Positions 1 through 9,388 are shown, numbered from the stretch's first letter. The stretch: 32,000 nucleotides of DNA from Halorhodospira halophila SL1 (GCF_000015585.1 NC_008789.1:1200001-1232000); one strand, 5' to 3'. Notes: generated from the letters alone by a model not told the origin. Translations and numbers: made by a program.

Positions 1-1199
1 TAGGCCTCCAGCCAGTAGAGGGCGCTGGAGAGCAGGAAGCTGCGCACCTCGTTACGACCGAAGTTGAAGATCAGCGTCCCCCAGTCGCGGTGCTCGCCCT
101 GCCGGGGATCAGCGTGCTCGTAGAGCGGCGTACCGTCGAAACGGGCCAGGGCCCATGCGTCCCGGGGAAAGTGAGCCGGTACCCAGTCCAGGATCACGCC
201 GATACCGTGGCGGTGGCAGTAGTCCACGAAGTAGCGAAACGCGTCCGGCTCGCCGAACCGACTGGTCGGGGCGAAGTAGCCGGTGGCCTGATACCCCCAG
301 GAGTCGTCCAACGGGTGCTCAGTGATCGGCAGCAGCTCGATGTGGGTGAAGCCCGTGCGCTGGACGTAGTCGACCAGCTCGTGGGCCAGGGTGCGGTAGT
401 CGAGGAACCCCCCCCCGACATCCCGCTGCCAGGAGCCCAGATGCACCTCGTAGATCGACCACGGTGCCTGCTGCCAGGCGCTCCCCTCGCGCCGGCGGCG
501 CTCCATCCACGCATCATCCCCCCAGGGGTAGGCCTCGGGCGGCTCCACCACGGCGGCGGTCTCGGGCCGGTGCTGGTAGCGCCGGCCACAGGGGTCGGTC
601 TTGAGCAGCGGCCCGCAGCCGCCGGCTCCCCGCAGCTCAAACTTGTACAGGGCCCCCGGCTCCACCCCGGGGATAAACAGCTCCCAGACCCCGGCCTCCA
701 GGCGCAGGCGCATGGGGTGGCGGCGCCCATCCCAGCGATTGAAATCCCCCACCACGCTGACCCGCTCGGCGTTGGGCGCCCAAACCGAAAAGACCACGCC
801 TGCCACCCCGTCAACCGTGGTGCAGTGCGCCCCCAGGAAGCGCTGAGCGTGCCAGTGCCGCCCCTCGGCGTAGAGGTGCAGGTCGAACTCCGAGAGCACC
901 GGCGGGAAGGCGTAAGGGTCGTAGGCGGTGTGCCAGGCACCCCCGGCATCCCGCCAGCAGACCTGGTACGGCGCCTCAAGGGCCTCGGGCAGCGGCGCCT
1001 CGAAGAAGTCGGTGCCGGCAACGCGCGGCACCTCGGTGCCCTCGCTAAAGGCCACTGCCGCCGCCTCCGGGTGGTAGATGCGCACCCGCCGGCTCGGGCC
1101 GTGGGGGCCGCCGAGGTAGGCGAAGGGATCCGAGTGGCGCCCCTCGGCGATCCGCTGGCGCTCTTCGGCCTCGGCGCGCTGTTGGCTAACGCGATTCAA
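1..1199 (-). CDS. glgB: 1,4-alpha-glucan branching enzyme (GH13), N-terminal ~399 codons; C-terminus lies beyond the window start
   Basis: Absent from the ORF track because it runs off the window. The reverse-strand frame (codon low coordinate = 0 mod 3) reads ...[169 protein letters not shown], the canonical GlgB catalytic core. Start taken as TTG 1199-1197, preceded by GGAGG (1210-1206) at 6 nt. An upstream in-frame ATG (1256-1254) has no SD. Confidence 0.9.
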   Translation of the reverse strand, partial: MNRVSQQRAEAEERQRIAEGRHSDPFAYLGGPHGPSRRVRIYHPEAAAVAFSEGTEVPRVAGTDFFEAPLPEALEAPYQVCWRDAGGAWHTAYDPYAFPPVLSEFDLHLYAEGRHWHAQRFLGAHCTTVDGVAGVVFSVWAPNAERVSVVGDFNRWDGRRHPMRLRLEAGVWELFIPGVEPGALYKFELRGAGGCGPLLKTDPCGRRYQHRPETAAVVEPPEAYPWGDDAWMERRRREGSAWQQAPWSIYEVHLGSWQRDVGGGFLDYRTLAHELVDYVQRTGFTHIELLPITEHPLDDSWGYQATGYFAPTSRFGEPDAFRYFVDYCHRHGIGVILDWVPAHFPRDAWALARFDGTPLYEHADPRQGEHRDWGTLIFNFGRNEVRSFLLSSALYWLEA

Positions 1200-1334
1200 G
1201 CCTGACCTCCGCTCAGGCGCCGCTGCGGTGCCGCTCGCCCCGGATGGGCCGCCCATCGGTGGTGAATACCCTGTCGATCCGCGGAAAAGGCGTCCATACT
1301 GCTCCCAAAGCCCCAGTTGTCAGGAAGACCCGAC

Positions 1335-2600
1335 GTGTTACCCCAGCGCTCCCCCCGTTTCGTCAGCCGCCTGACCCGCGACACCCTGGCCCTCATCCTC
1401 GCCGGCGGCCGCGGCACGCGGCTCCACGAGCTGACCCAGTGGCGCGCCAAACCGGCCGTGCCCTTCGGCGGCAAGTTCCGCATCATCGACTTCCCCCTGT
1501 CCAATTGCATCAATTCCGGCGTGCGGCGGATCGGCGTCCTGACCCAGTACAAGGCCCACTCGTTGATCCGCCACATCCGCCAGGGCTGGAGCTCTCTCTC
1601 CAGCGACTTCGGCGAGTTCATCGAGCTGCTACCCGCCCAGCAGCGCATCGCCGACTCCTGGTACCTGGGCACAGCCGATGCGGTGTACCAGAGCCTGGAC
1701 ATCGTCCGGCTGCACGACCCCGACTACGTCCTCATCCTCGCCGGTGACCACATCTACAAGATGGACTATGGGCCGCTGCTTGCCTACCACGTCGAGCGCG
1801 GTGCGGATGTCACGGTCAGCTGCCTGGAGGTGGCGATCGAGGAGGCCACCGCCTTCGGGGTCATGGCCATCGACGAAGAAAACCGGGTGGTCCGCTTCGA
1901 CGAGAAGCCGGCCCAGCCTGCACCAATCCCCGGCCGTGCGGATCGGGCGCTGGCCTCGATGGGGGTCTACGTCTTCAATCGGGACTTCCTCTTTCGGACC
2001 CTCGGGGCCGACGCCCGCACCAGCTCGGAGCACGACTTCGGCAAGGACATCATCCCGCAGCTGATCGACCAGGCCCGGGTGGTGGCCTACCCGTTCCGCG
2101 ATCTGAGCACCGGAGAGCAGGCCTACTGGCGGGATGTGGGAACCATCGACGCCTTCTGGAAGACCAATCTCGAGCTGATCGACGTCACCCCGGAACTCAA
2201 CCTCTACGACCGCGAGTGGCCCATCTGGACCTTCCAGGAGCAACTACCCCCGGCCAAATTCGTCTTCGACGAAGAGGACCGCCGCGGGACGGTGGTCGAT
2301 TCCATGGTCTCCGGGGGGTGCATCATCTCGGGGGCGCAACTGCGCCGCTCGCTGCTCTTCTCCTCGGTGATTGTCGACGAGCGCACCCGGGTCGAGGACT
2401 CGGTCATCCTCCCCGAAGCCCACATCGGCCCGGGCTGTCGCATCCGCAACGCGGTGATCGACAAGTACTGCCACATCGAGGCGGGCACGGTCATCGGTGA
2501 AGACCCGGAAGCCGACGCCCAACGCTTCACCGTCAGCCCCAACGGCGTCGTCCTCGTCACTCCGGAAATGCTCGGTCAGGAGATCCACGTTGTCTATTGA
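1335..2600 (+). CDS. glgC: glucose-1-phosphate adenylyltransferase (ADP-glucose pyrophosphorylase)
   Basis: ORF 1317..2600. Motifs [39 protein letters not shown] and LTQYKAHSL are diagnostic of GlgC. GTG 1335 is preferred because AGGAAG (1322-1327) sits 7 nt upstream; TTG 1317 is the alternative start. Confidence 0.93.
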   Translation: MLPQRSPRFVSRLTRDTLALILAGGRGTRLHELTQWRAKPAVPFGGKFRIIDFPLSNCINSGVRRIGVLTQYKAHSLIRHIRQGWSSLSSDFGEFIELLPAQQRIADSWYLGTADAVYQSLDIVRLHDPDYVLILAGDHIYKMDYGPLLAYHVERGADVTVSCLEVAIEEATAFGVMAIDEENRVVRFDEKPAQPAPIPGRADRALASMGVYVFNRDFLFRTLGADARTSSEHDFGKDIIPQLIDQARVVAYPFRDLSTGEQAYWRDVGTIDAFWKTNLELIDVTPELNLYDREWPIWTFQEQLPPAKFVFDEEDRRGTVVDSMVSGGCIISGAQLRRSLLFSSVIVDERTRVEDSVILPEAHIGPGCRIRNAVIDKYCHIEAGTVIGEDPEADAQRFTVSPNGVVLVTPEMLGQEIHVVY

Positions 2601-4332
2601 TACCGGCGCCGCGAACCCGACAGAAAACCCACCGGTGCGCGTGGTGCTCTGCTGGCACATGCACCAGCCGAGTTACCTCGACCCCGGCACCGGCGACTAC
2701 CTGCTGCCGTGGACCTACCTGCACGGCATCAAGGACTACGCCGACATGGCGGCCCACCTCGAGGCCAACCCAGCGGCCCGCGCCGTGGTCAATTTCTCGC
2801 CGGTACTCCTGGAGCAGCTGGAGGACTACAGCCGCCAGATCGCCGGCTTCCTGGAGAGCGGCGAACGGCTGCGCGACCCCCTGCTGCGCGCCCTGGCCAT
2901 GCCCACCCTGCCGGTCAACAACCCGGAACGCCGCCAGCTCGTGGAGCAGTGTCAGCGCATCAACCGCCAGCGGCTGGCGGACCCGTTCCCCGCCTTCCGA
3001 CACCTGCTCGAGATCGCCGAGACGGTCAGCGCCCACCCGGCCAGCATGCGCTACCTCAGCGACGCCTTCCTGGTCGACCTGATCACCTGGTACCACCTGG
3101 GCTGGATGGGCGAGACGGTGCGCCGCAGCGAACCACGGGTCCAGCGGCTGATCGACAAGGGCGACGGCTTCACCCTCCACGATCGGCGCGAGCTGCTCGG
3201 TGTCATCGGCGAACTGCTCGCGGGACTGCCCCACCGCTATCGGCACCTGGCCGAGACCGGACGGGTGGAGCTGTCGATGACACCCTACGCCCACCCGATC
3301 CTGCCCCTACTCCAGGACCTGCAGTCCGCCCGCGAATCCTGGCCCGCGAGCCCGATGCCGGTGGTCGATCAATACCCCGGTGGCGAGGAACGGGCGCGCT
3401 GGCACCTGGCGCGCGGCCTGGAGATCTTCGAACACACCTTCGGCCACCGCCCGCACGGCTGCTGGCCGTCGGAGGGGGCCGTCAGCCAGGCCACGCTCGC
3501 GCTGCTCCAATCGTACGGTTTCCGCTGGACGGCCAGTGGCGGTGCAGTGCTCGACAACAGCCTGGGCGCAGAGGGCGGGGGGAACGGCCAGTGGCACCGC
3601 GCCTACACCCTCGCCCCGCAGCACCCCGAAGCCGAGGGCCACGCGGCCACACGCTGCTTCTTCCGCGACGACGGACTCTCCGATGCCATCGGTTTCGAGT
3701 TCTCCGACTGGCACGGCGACGACGCCGTGGCCAACCTGGTCAGCCGCATGGAGGCCATCGCCGCCGGCTGCGAGGCGCCGGAACAGACCGTGATCTCGGT
3801 CATCATGGACGGTGAGAACGCCTGGGAGCACTACCCGGCCAACGGCTTCCATTTCCTGAACGGGCTCTACCAGCGCCTGGCCGAACACCCGGGGCTGATC
3901 CTGACCACCTTTGCCGAGGCCGCCGACGAGACCGAACCTCGCGATCTGCAGCGACTGGTGGCCGGCAGCTGGGTCTACGGCACCCTATCCACCTGGATCG
4001 GCGAGGTGGACAAGGACCGCGCCTGGGAGCTCCTCGCCGAGGCCAAGCAGGCCTTCGATCAGCGCGCCGGGGAACTCGACGAGGCCACCCGCATCCGGGC
4101 CGAGGCGCAGCTGGCCATCTGCGAGAGCTCCGATTGGTTCTGGTGGTTCGGCGACTACAACCCCGCCGAGGTGATCCGGGACTTCGACCACCTCTACCGC
4201 GTCCAGCTCGCCGCCCTCTACCACACCCTGGGCCAGGAGCCGCCGGAGCATCTCAGCCACGCCTTCGCCCGCCAGGGCCGCGGCCAGCCCGAGCGCGGCG
4301 GCGTCATGCGGCACGGACGCGCAGAGCCGTGA
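2590..4332 (+). CDS. glycoside hydrolase family 57 protein (alpha-glucan-active; exact specificity not assignable)
   Basis: ORF 2497..4332, trimmed. GH57 signatures seen: [11 protein letters not shown] near the N-terminus, [10 protein letters not shown] (nucleophile-Glu region) and [12 protein letters not shown] (acid/base-Asp region). TTG 2590 has AGGAG (2578-2582) 7 nt upstream and overlaps the glgC stop (2598-2600). GTG 2635 is the alternative start. Confidence 0.85.
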   Translation: MSIDTGAANPTENPPVRVVLCWHMHQPSYLDPGTGDYLLPWTYLHGIKDYADMAAHLEANPAARAVVNFSPVLLEQLEDYSRQIAGFLESGERLRDPLLRALAMPTLPVNNPERRQLVEQCQRINRQRLADPFPAFRHLLEIAETVSAHPASMRYLSDAFLVDLITWYHLGWMGETVRRSEPRVQRLIDKGDGFTLHDRRELLGVIGELLAGLPHRYRHLAETGRVELSMTPYAHPILPLLQDLQSARESWPASPMPVVDQYPGGEERARWHLARGLEIFEHTFGHRPHGCWPSEGAVSQATLALLQSYGFRWTASGGAVLDNSLGAEGGGNGQWHRAYTLAPQHPEAEGHAATRCFFRDDGLSDAIGFEFSDWHGDDAVANLVSRMEAIAAGCEAPEQTVISVIMDGENAWEHYPANGFHFLNGLYQRLAEHPGLILTTFAEAADETEPRDLQRLVAGSWVYGTLSTWIGEVDKDRAWELLAEAKQAFDQRAGELDEATRIRAEAQLAICESSDWFWWFGDYNPAEVIRDFDHLYRVQLAALYHTLGQEPPEHLSHAFARQGRGQPERGGVMRHGRAEP

Positions 4333-5822
4333 GCGGCGCGGGACTGTCCGAGCGGCGCCGCGCCGGCGTGCTGCTGCACGTCAGCGCACTGCCCGGGCCC
4401 GGGGGCAACGGCGACCTGGGGCACCACGCCTACCGCTTCGTGGACTGGCTCGCCGAGGCCGGCTTCACGATCTGGCAGATGCTGCCGCTGGGCCCCACCC
4501 ACGACGACCTCAGCCCCTATCAAGGCCTGTCGGTGCACGCCGGTGAGCCGTGCTACATCGACCTGCACACGCTGGTCGAACTCGGCTGGTTGACCCCCGA
4601 GGAGATCCAGCCCCCGGAGACCGGCGACGACCCCGTCGCGCTGCGGGCGTGGCGCCGCTCCTGCCTTGGCCGCGCCCGACAACGCCTGCGCGATCGCAAC
4701 GACGCAACGACCGAGGCTCAGATCGCCGCCTTCCGCCAGGCGCACGGCCACTGGCTGGAAGACTACGCCCTCTACGCGGCGCTGCGCGAGGAGCATGACC
4801 TCCTGCCCTGGTGGCAGTGGCCCACCGCCGAACGCGATCGGGAACCGGCGGCGCTGGAGGCGGCAGCCACCCGCCTGGCCGACCGGATCGACCAGCAGGT
4901 CTTCGAGCAGTACCTGTTCTTCACCCAGTGGCAGGCGCTGCGCCACTACGCCGCGGAACGCGGCGTCCGGTTCTTCGGCGACATCCCCATCTTCGTCGCC
5001 CACGACAGCGCCGACACCTGGGCCCGGCGGGCCTGCTTCCGACTCGACAGCGAGGGGCAGGCAGCGGTGGTGGCCGGCGTCCCACCGGACTACTTCTCGG
5101 CCGAGGGGCAGCGCTGGGGCAACCCCCTCTACGACTGGCAGCAGCTGCAGGCCGATGGCTTCGGCTGGTGGCTCGAGCGCCTGGCCACACAGTTGGCACT
5201 GTTCGACTTCGTGCGCATCGACCACTTCCGTGGCCTGAGCGCCTGCTGGACCATCCCCGCCGAGGCCCCCACGGCCCGGGACGGGTACTGGGAAGCGACC
5301 CCCGGAGACGCTCTGCTCGAGGCCGTTCAGGAACGCTTCGGGCGGGTCCCGCTGGTCGCCGAGGACCTAGGGGTGATCACCGAGGACGTGGAGCGCCTGC
5401 GCGACCGCTTCGCCCTGCCGGGGATGAAGGTCCTCCACTTCGCCTTCGACAGCGACGCCGCCAACCCCTACCTGCCGCACCACCACCACCGCCACAGTGT
5501 GGTCTACACCGGTACCCACGATAACAACACCACCGTGGGATGGTACGCCGGTCTCGCGCCGGAGACCGTGGAGCGGGTCCACGCGTACCTGGGCTACCCG
5601 ACCGAGCCGATGCCCTGGCCCCTGACTCGAGCCGCCCTGGCCTCGGTGGCGAGCGTGGCCGTCATCCCCCTACAGGACCTGCTCGAGCTGGACGGCGAAC
5701 ACCGCATGAACGTCCCCGGCACCACCGAAGGCAACTGGCGCTGGCGCTTTGCTTGGGAGTGGCTGCCCGACTCCCTGGCCGGGCAGCTGTACGACCTCAA
5801 CCGGCTCTACGGCCGGCTCTAG
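4329..5822 (+). CDS. malQ: 4-alpha-glucanotransferase (amylomaltase, GH77)
   Basis: ORF 4134..5822, trimmed. RRAGVLLHVSALPGPGGNGDLG, WQMLPLGPT, DSADTW, WGNPLYDW, VRIDHFRG and YTGTHDNNT are typical of MalQ. GTG 4329 overlaps the GH57 stop as GTGA (4329-4332). Confidence 0.9.
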   Translation: MSGAGLSERRRAGVLLHVSALPGPGGNGDLGHHAYRFVDWLAEAGFTIWQMLPLGPTHDDLSPYQGLSVHAGEPCYIDLHTLVELGWLTPEEIQPPETGDDPVALRAWRRSCLGRARQRLRDRNDATTEAQIAAFRQAHGHWLEDYALYAALREEHDLLPWWQWPTAERDREPAALEAAATRLADRIDQQVFEQYLFFTQWQALRHYAAERGVRFFGDIPIFVAHDSADTWARRACFRLDSEGQAAVVAGVPPDYFSAEGQRWGNPLYDWQQLQADGFGWWLERLATQLALFDFVRIDHFRGLSACWTIPAEAPTARDGYWEATPGDALLEAVQERFGRVPLVAEDLGVITEDVERLRDRFALPGMKVLHFAFDSDAANPYLPHHHHRHSVVYTGTHDNNTTVGWYAGLAPETVERVHAYLGYPTEPMPWPLTRAALASVASVAVIPLQDLLELDGEHRMNVPGTTEGNWRWRFAWEWLPDSLAGQLYDLNRLYGRL

Positions 5823-5844
5823 GCCCCGTCGGAGGCCTAGAGCC
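5815..5844. terminator. perfect 11-bp inverted repeat (GGCTCTAGGCC / GGCCTAGAGCC, 8-nt loop) between convergent malQ and glgP; possible bidirectional terminator
   Basis: Arms at 5815-5825 and 5834-5844. The malQ stop TAG (5820-5822) and the glgP stop (5839-5837) each lie inside one arm. There is no U-tract, so terminator function is uncertain. Confidence 0.4.
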
Positions 5845-8392
5845 AACGCATCCGCCCCAGCTCCAGCGGGTGCGCGAGCAGCGGGTGGCTGGGATACATG
5901 CAGATGCGGAAGTACTGCAGGCCGTTGAGCCGTGGCTGGATGTCGAGGGTGAAGAGCGGATCCCCGGCGTCATCCTGGTCCGTGGCCGAGAGGACGAACC
6001 GCTGGGTCCGGGCCGGATCCCGCGGGTGGGGCACCGGGCTGAAACGGCACTCGACGGTGACATCCTCGGCCCGGAGGCCATTGAGCTGCGCCTTGACCCG
6101 CAGGCGCAGGGACTCGCCGTGATACAGACTGGCAGGGGCGTCGTCGACCAGCTCCAGGGCCGTCCCGTCCCAGCAGGCCAGGACGTGCTCCTTCCACGCC
6201 GCCAGCCCGGCCGCCCCCGCCAGCTCTTCCTCCGCCAGACGCCTTTGCTGCCGGGCGGCCGGGCCGTAGAGGTCGCGCACATAGTCCATGACCATGCGCT
6301 GGGCATTGAAGCGGGGCAACGTGCTGCGCATCGACGCCTTGGACATCTGCACCCAGCCGGCCGAATAGCCACGCTCGCCGCGATCGTAGTAGAGCGGCGC
6401 CACCTCGCCGGCCAGCGTATCCAGGAGGTCCCGGGCCTCCTCACCGTCGCGGTAATCCGGATCGAACCCCGGGGCGTGGGGGTAGATGGCCCAACCGTTA
6501 TCGCCGGCGTAGCCCTCGTCCCACCAGCCGTCCAGGACCGAGAGGTTGATCACGCCGTTGATGGCCGCCTTCTGGCCGGACGTCCCGCACGCCTCGAGGG
6601 GGTACTCCGGGTTGTTCAGCCACACATCAACCCCGGTCACCAGCTTGCGGGCCAGCGCCATGTCGTAGTTCTCGAGCAGCAGCAGCCGGCCGATCAGATC
6701 GGGATCCAGGGTCAGCTCGTGGATGCGCTGGATCATCGCCTGACCCTGCTCGTCGTGCGGATGCGCCTTGCCGGCAAAGATCAGGATCATCGGCCGCTCG
6801 GGGTCGTTGAGCAGCTGCTTGAGCCGGTCCAGGTCGCGGAAGATCAGCAGAGCCCGCTTGTAGGTCGCGAAGCGGCGGGCGAAGCCGAGCACCAGCACAT
6901 CGGCCTCGGGATCACGGATATAGCGGGTCATGCGGCGGATCATGGCCTCGGCCATGCCGTTGCGCTTGCATCGGGCCTCGACCCGGGCACAGACATCGCG
7001 GAGCATCTGCGACTTCAGGCTCTGGCGCATGCTCCAGTAGCGATGGTCGGGCAGTTCGTCGACGACGCTCCAAAACGCCTCATTGCTCAGCTCACTCCGC
7101 CAGGCCGGCCAGCGCTGATCGAAGAGGTTGCCCCACTCCTGGGCGAGGAAGGTCGGCACATGGACGCCGTTGGTGATGGAGTGGATGGGGTTCTGTTGAG
7201 CCGGGACATCCGGCCATATGCGGGCCTCCATCTCCGAGGCCACGCGGCCGTGGATCCGGCTGACGCCGTTGTGAAAGCGCGACCCCCGCAGGGCCAGGCT
7301 GGTCATGTTGAAGCCCGGATGCTCGGCCCGGCCGTTACCCAGCTCCAGCAGGGCATCGAGATCCAGCCCGCTCTCTCCCAGCGCGGCGTCCAGATACTCC
7401 CGCACCATCTCCGGGTCGAAGATGTCGTGCCCAGCCGCCACCGGGGTATGCGTGGTGAAAACCGAGGTCCCGGCGACCACCTCCAGGGCCGTGGCGAAGT
7501 CAGTGCCGGCGGCCACCCACTCGCGGCAACGCTCGACGAGCTGAAAGGCCGAATGGCCCTCGTTGAGATGCCAGACCGTGGGCATCACGCCCAGCTTGCG
7601 CAGCGCCCGCACCCCGCCGATACCGAGGCAGAGTTCCTGCTTGATCCGCATCTCGCTGCCGCCGCCGTAAAGCTGATAGGTGATCGAGCGATCTTCGGGG
7701 CGGTTCTCCGGAACATCGCTATCGAGCATATAGAGGCGCACGTGCCCGGCCCGCACTGACCAGATGCGCAGCTGAACCGTGCGCCCGGGCAACTCGACGA
7801 ACACGCGCAGCTCCTCGCCGTCGCCGTCCTGACGCGGGTAGGCGGGCAGCTGGGCCACTTCGGTGGGTACGTAGTGGGCGACCTGACACCCTTCATGATC
7901 GATGGTCTGGATGAAGTAGCCCTGACGGTAGAGCAGGCCCACGGCAACCAACGGTACGCGCAGATCGCTGGCGGCCTTGCAGTGGTCACCGGCCAGGATC
8001 CCCAGCCCCCCGGAGTAGAGGGGCAGGCTCTCGTGGAGCCCGAACTCGGCACAGAAGTAGGCCACCAGGTCCTGTCCCGGATCCAGGTGCGGGGTCACCT
8101 CCGGCGAAGTCTCCTGCTCCAGGTAGGTGTCGTAGGCGGAGAGTGTCCGGTTGTAATCCTCAATAAAGGTCGGATCCTGGGCGGCCCGCTCCAGCGCTTC
8201 CTGAGACACCCGCCGCAGGAACACCTTGGGGTTGTGGCCGCTGGCCTCCCAGCATTCCGGGTCGATCTGGTAGAACAAGCCCCGCACGCGCCGATCCCAC
8301 GAGTAGTAGAGGTCGTCGACGAGCTCGCGCAGGCGGCCGAGTGAGGGTGGCAGATTGGGGTGGACTTCCAGGGTGAAGACGCGTTCGGACAT
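5837..8392 (-). CDS. glgP: alpha-glucan phosphorylase (GT35, ~850-aa glycogen/maltodextrin phosphorylase type)
   Basis: 851-aa ORF. LPLYSGGLGILAGDHCKAASDLRVPLVAVGLLYRQGYF, TNGVH, FARRFATYKR and the AC-GTSGQKAAINGV region (lysine-PLP site context) match the alpha-glucan phosphorylase family. Confidence 0.9.
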   Translation of the reverse strand: MSERVFTLEVHPNLPPSLGRLRELVDDLYYSWDRRVRGLFYQIDPECWEASGHNPKVFLRRVSQEALERAAQDPTFIEDYNRTLSAYDTYLEQETSPEVTPHLDPGQDLVAYFCAEFGLHESLPLYSGGLGILAGDHCKAASDLRVPLVAVGLLYRQGYFIQTIDHEGCQVAHYVPTEVAQLPAYPRQDGDGEELRVFVELPGRTVQLRIWSVRAGHVRLYMLDSDVPENRPEDRSITYQLYGGGSEMRIKQELCLGIGGVRALRKLGVMPTVWHLNEGHSAFQLVERCREWVAAGTDFATALEVVAGTSVFTTHTPVAAGHDIFDPEMVREYLDAALGESGLDLDALLELGNGRAEHPGFNMTSLALRGSRFHNGVSRIHGRVASEMEARIWPDVPAQQNPIHSITNGVHVPTFLAQEWGNLFDQRWPAWRSELSNEAFWSVVDELPDHRYWSMRQSLKSQMLRDVCARVEARCKRNGMAEAMIRRMTRYIRDPEADVLVLGFARRFATYKRALLIFRDLDRLKQLLNDPERPMILIFAGKAHPHDEQGQAMIQRIHELTLDPDLIGRLLLLENYDMALARKLVTGVDVWLNNPEYPLEACGTSGQKAAINGVINLSVLDGWWDEGYAGDNGWAIYPHAPGFDPDYRDGEEARDLLDTLAGEVAPLYYDRGERGYSAGWVQMSKASMRSTLPRFNAQRMVMDYVRDLYGPAARQQRRLAEEELAGAAGLAAWKEHVLACWDGTALELVDDAPASLYHGESLRLRVKAQLNGLRAEDVTVECRFSPVPHPRDPARTQRFVLSATDQDDAGDPLFTLDIQPRLNGLQYFRICMYPSHPLLAHPLELGRMRWL

Positions 8393-8473
8393 GGGTGGGG
8401 CAACTCCCTCTGTAGACCCCCCTGTTTAGCACAGGTTGCGGGGGCACACACGCTCGAACACCACCCCCGCAAC

Positions 8474-8504
8474 GAGAAAGGCCCGCCGGGGGCGGGCCTT
8501 TCTC
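8474..8504 (-). terminator. GC-rich stem-loop downstream of the cold-shock gene (14-bp arms GAGAAAGGCCCGCC / GGCGGGCCTTTCTC)
   Basis: Perfect inverted repeat at 8474-8487 / 8491-8504, 33 nt after the csp stop. On the minus strand it is followed by TCGTTG, a weak U-tail. Confidence 0.6.
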
Positions 8505-8537
8505 TCACTTGCAGCTTACTACCGCTCTGGCAGCGGG

Positions 8538-8747
8538 TTAGACCGCGGCGACGTCCTCGGCCTGCAGGCCCTTCGGGCTGCGGGTCACGCTGAACTCGAC
8601 CGCTTGACCCTCGTCCAGGGAGCGGAAACCGTCGCCCCGGATGGCACGGAAGTGGACGAACACGTCTTCACCCCCTTCGCGGCTGATGAAGCCGTAGCCC
8701 TTGGCGTTGTCGAACCACTTAACCGTACCTTGTTGACGCTCTGACAT
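8538..8747 (-). CDS. cold-shock protein, CspA family (CSD)
   Basis: [33 protein letters not shown] carries the RNP1 (KGYGFI) and RNP2 (VFVHF) motifs. ATG 8747 is preferred, with GAGG 9 nt upstream. The ORF track extends to TTG 8756. Confidence 0.9.
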   Translation of the reverse strand: MSERQQGTVKWFDNAKGYGFISREGGEDVFVHFRAIRGDGFRSLDEGQAVEFSVTRSPKGLQAEDVAAV

Positions 8748-8826
8748 CTCAAACAACCTCTGTATTAATCATCGTGACGCGACCTCCACGGGACCAGGGT
8801 CAGGTCTTACTGGCGGTCGCACCCCA

Positions 8827-8855
8827 TATATTGGCACAAAGCCAAAGCCTCGCAA
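8827..8855 (-). promoter_or_regulatory. candidate sigma70-type promoter for the csp gene (TTGCGA-17 nt-AATATA), with an A7 tract just upstream as a possible UP element
   Basis: The reverse strand reads TTGCGA (8855-8850), a 17-nt spacer, then AATATA (8832-8827). AAAAAAA (8876-8870) lies upstream. This implies a leader of about 75-80 nt containing the GCGACC...GGTCGC inverted repeat. Pattern match only. Confidence 0.3.
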
Positions 8856-8888
8856 CCTGCTGCCCGAGGTTTTTTTACATCAATTTTG

Positions 8889-8917
8889 TTGCGCCGCACC
8901 ATCGGCGCTGCTATGCT
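8889..8917 (+). promoter_or_regulatory. candidate sigma70-type promoter for the phasin gene (TTGCGC-17 nt-TATGCT)
   Basis: TTGCGC at 8889-8894 and TATGCT at 8912-8917, in the only AT-richer intergenic stretch of the window. Pattern match only. Confidence 0.3.
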
Positions 8918-8965
8918 GCAGGGCAACAAGTGAGAGAAGACCTCTCCAACGGCGCAACCGGAGCG

Positions 8966-9340
8966 ATGGCGATGATGAACTATCAGGACATGATCAAGCA
9001 GATGCAGACTCAGTTCGGCAATTACGCGACGCCTTTCCACGGGGTGAACAGCAAGATGCTCGAGCACTGGGAGAAGATGGCGGACTACCAGCTGGACATG
9101 GCGCGGCGCTACACCGATGCCACACTCGGCAACCTGCGCGAGGCGAGCGACGTCCAATCGCCCGAGCAACTGCAGAGCTATCTGCAGAAGAGCGTGGAGG
9201 CGGCCCGCGAGACCTCGGACAGCCTGGCCAAGGACGCCCGAACCCTGGCCGAGCTCAGCCAGGCCATGACCGAGGATCTGCAGCAGTCCATGCGCGAGGG
9301 CGCCAGCAACCTGGCCCCGAAGAGCAGCAAGGCCGCCTGA
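8966..9340 (+). CDS. phasin family protein (PHA-granule associated)
   Basis: ORF 8774..9340, trimmed to the ATG cluster at 8966/8972/8975 after GGAG (8960-8963). The ~120-aa helical protein MMNYQDMIKQMQTQFGNYATPFHGVNSKMLEHWEKMADYQLDMARRYTDATLGNLREASDVQSPEQLQSY... parallels gammaproteobacterial phasins as I recall them. The exact start is uncertain. Confidence 0.65.
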   Translation: MAMMNYQDMIKQMQTQFGNYATPFHGVNSKMLEHWEKMADYQLDMARRYTDATLGNLREASDVQSPEQLQSYLQKSVEAARETSDSLAKDARTLAELSQAMTEDLQQSMREGASNLAPKSSKAA

Positions 9341-9357
9341 ACGGCCGATGACCTGAC

Positions 9358-9386
9358 CCGCCGCTCCTGCCCCGCAGGGGCGGCGG
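9358..9386 (+). terminator. stem-loop after the phasin gene (13-bp arms, one mismatch, 3-nt loop) followed by TTGCGCGTT
   Basis: CCGCCGCTCCTGC (9358-9370), CCC loop, GCAGGGGCGGCGG (9374-9386). It starts 18 nt after the phasin stop. Confidence 0.55.
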
Positions 9387-9388
9387 TT

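Noticed and set aside
90-1205. 371-aa plus-strand ORF covering the first 1.2 kb
   Set aside because: It is antisense to an unmistakable GlgB reading frame. Its composition is Gly/Pro/Arg/Ala/Val-rich with no recognisable motifs, as expected for open antisense frames in high-GC DNA.
2497-2589. N-terminal extensions of track ORFs into upstream genes (2497, 4134, 8774, 9387, 9524, 17552, 27590, 28333, 28719)
   Set aside because: The extended parts overlap the 3' ends of recognised upstream genes or intergenic terminators, and they translate to Arg/Pro-rich junk. In each case an internal start with an SD and/or a stop-start overlap (GTGA/ATGA) coincides with the beginning of the conserved domain.
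5540-7759. 739-aa plus-strand ORF
   Set aside because: It is entirely antisense to the alpha-glucan phosphorylase gene. The sequence is low-complexity and Arg/Gly/Pro/His-rich, so it is a high-GC artefact.
8832-8849. TGGCAC hexamer suggesting a sigma-54 promoter (-24 element)
   Set aside because: The required TTGC(A/T) -12 element is not present at the correct 5-nt spacing; the sequence there is CAAAGC.
8848-8876. Short hairpin (CCTCG/CGAGG) followed by T7 on the plus strand, resembling an intrinsic terminator
   Set aside because: No plus-strand gene lies upstream for it to terminate, and the stem is only 5 bp. The tract is better explained as the A-rich UP element region and -35 of the minus-strand csp promoter.
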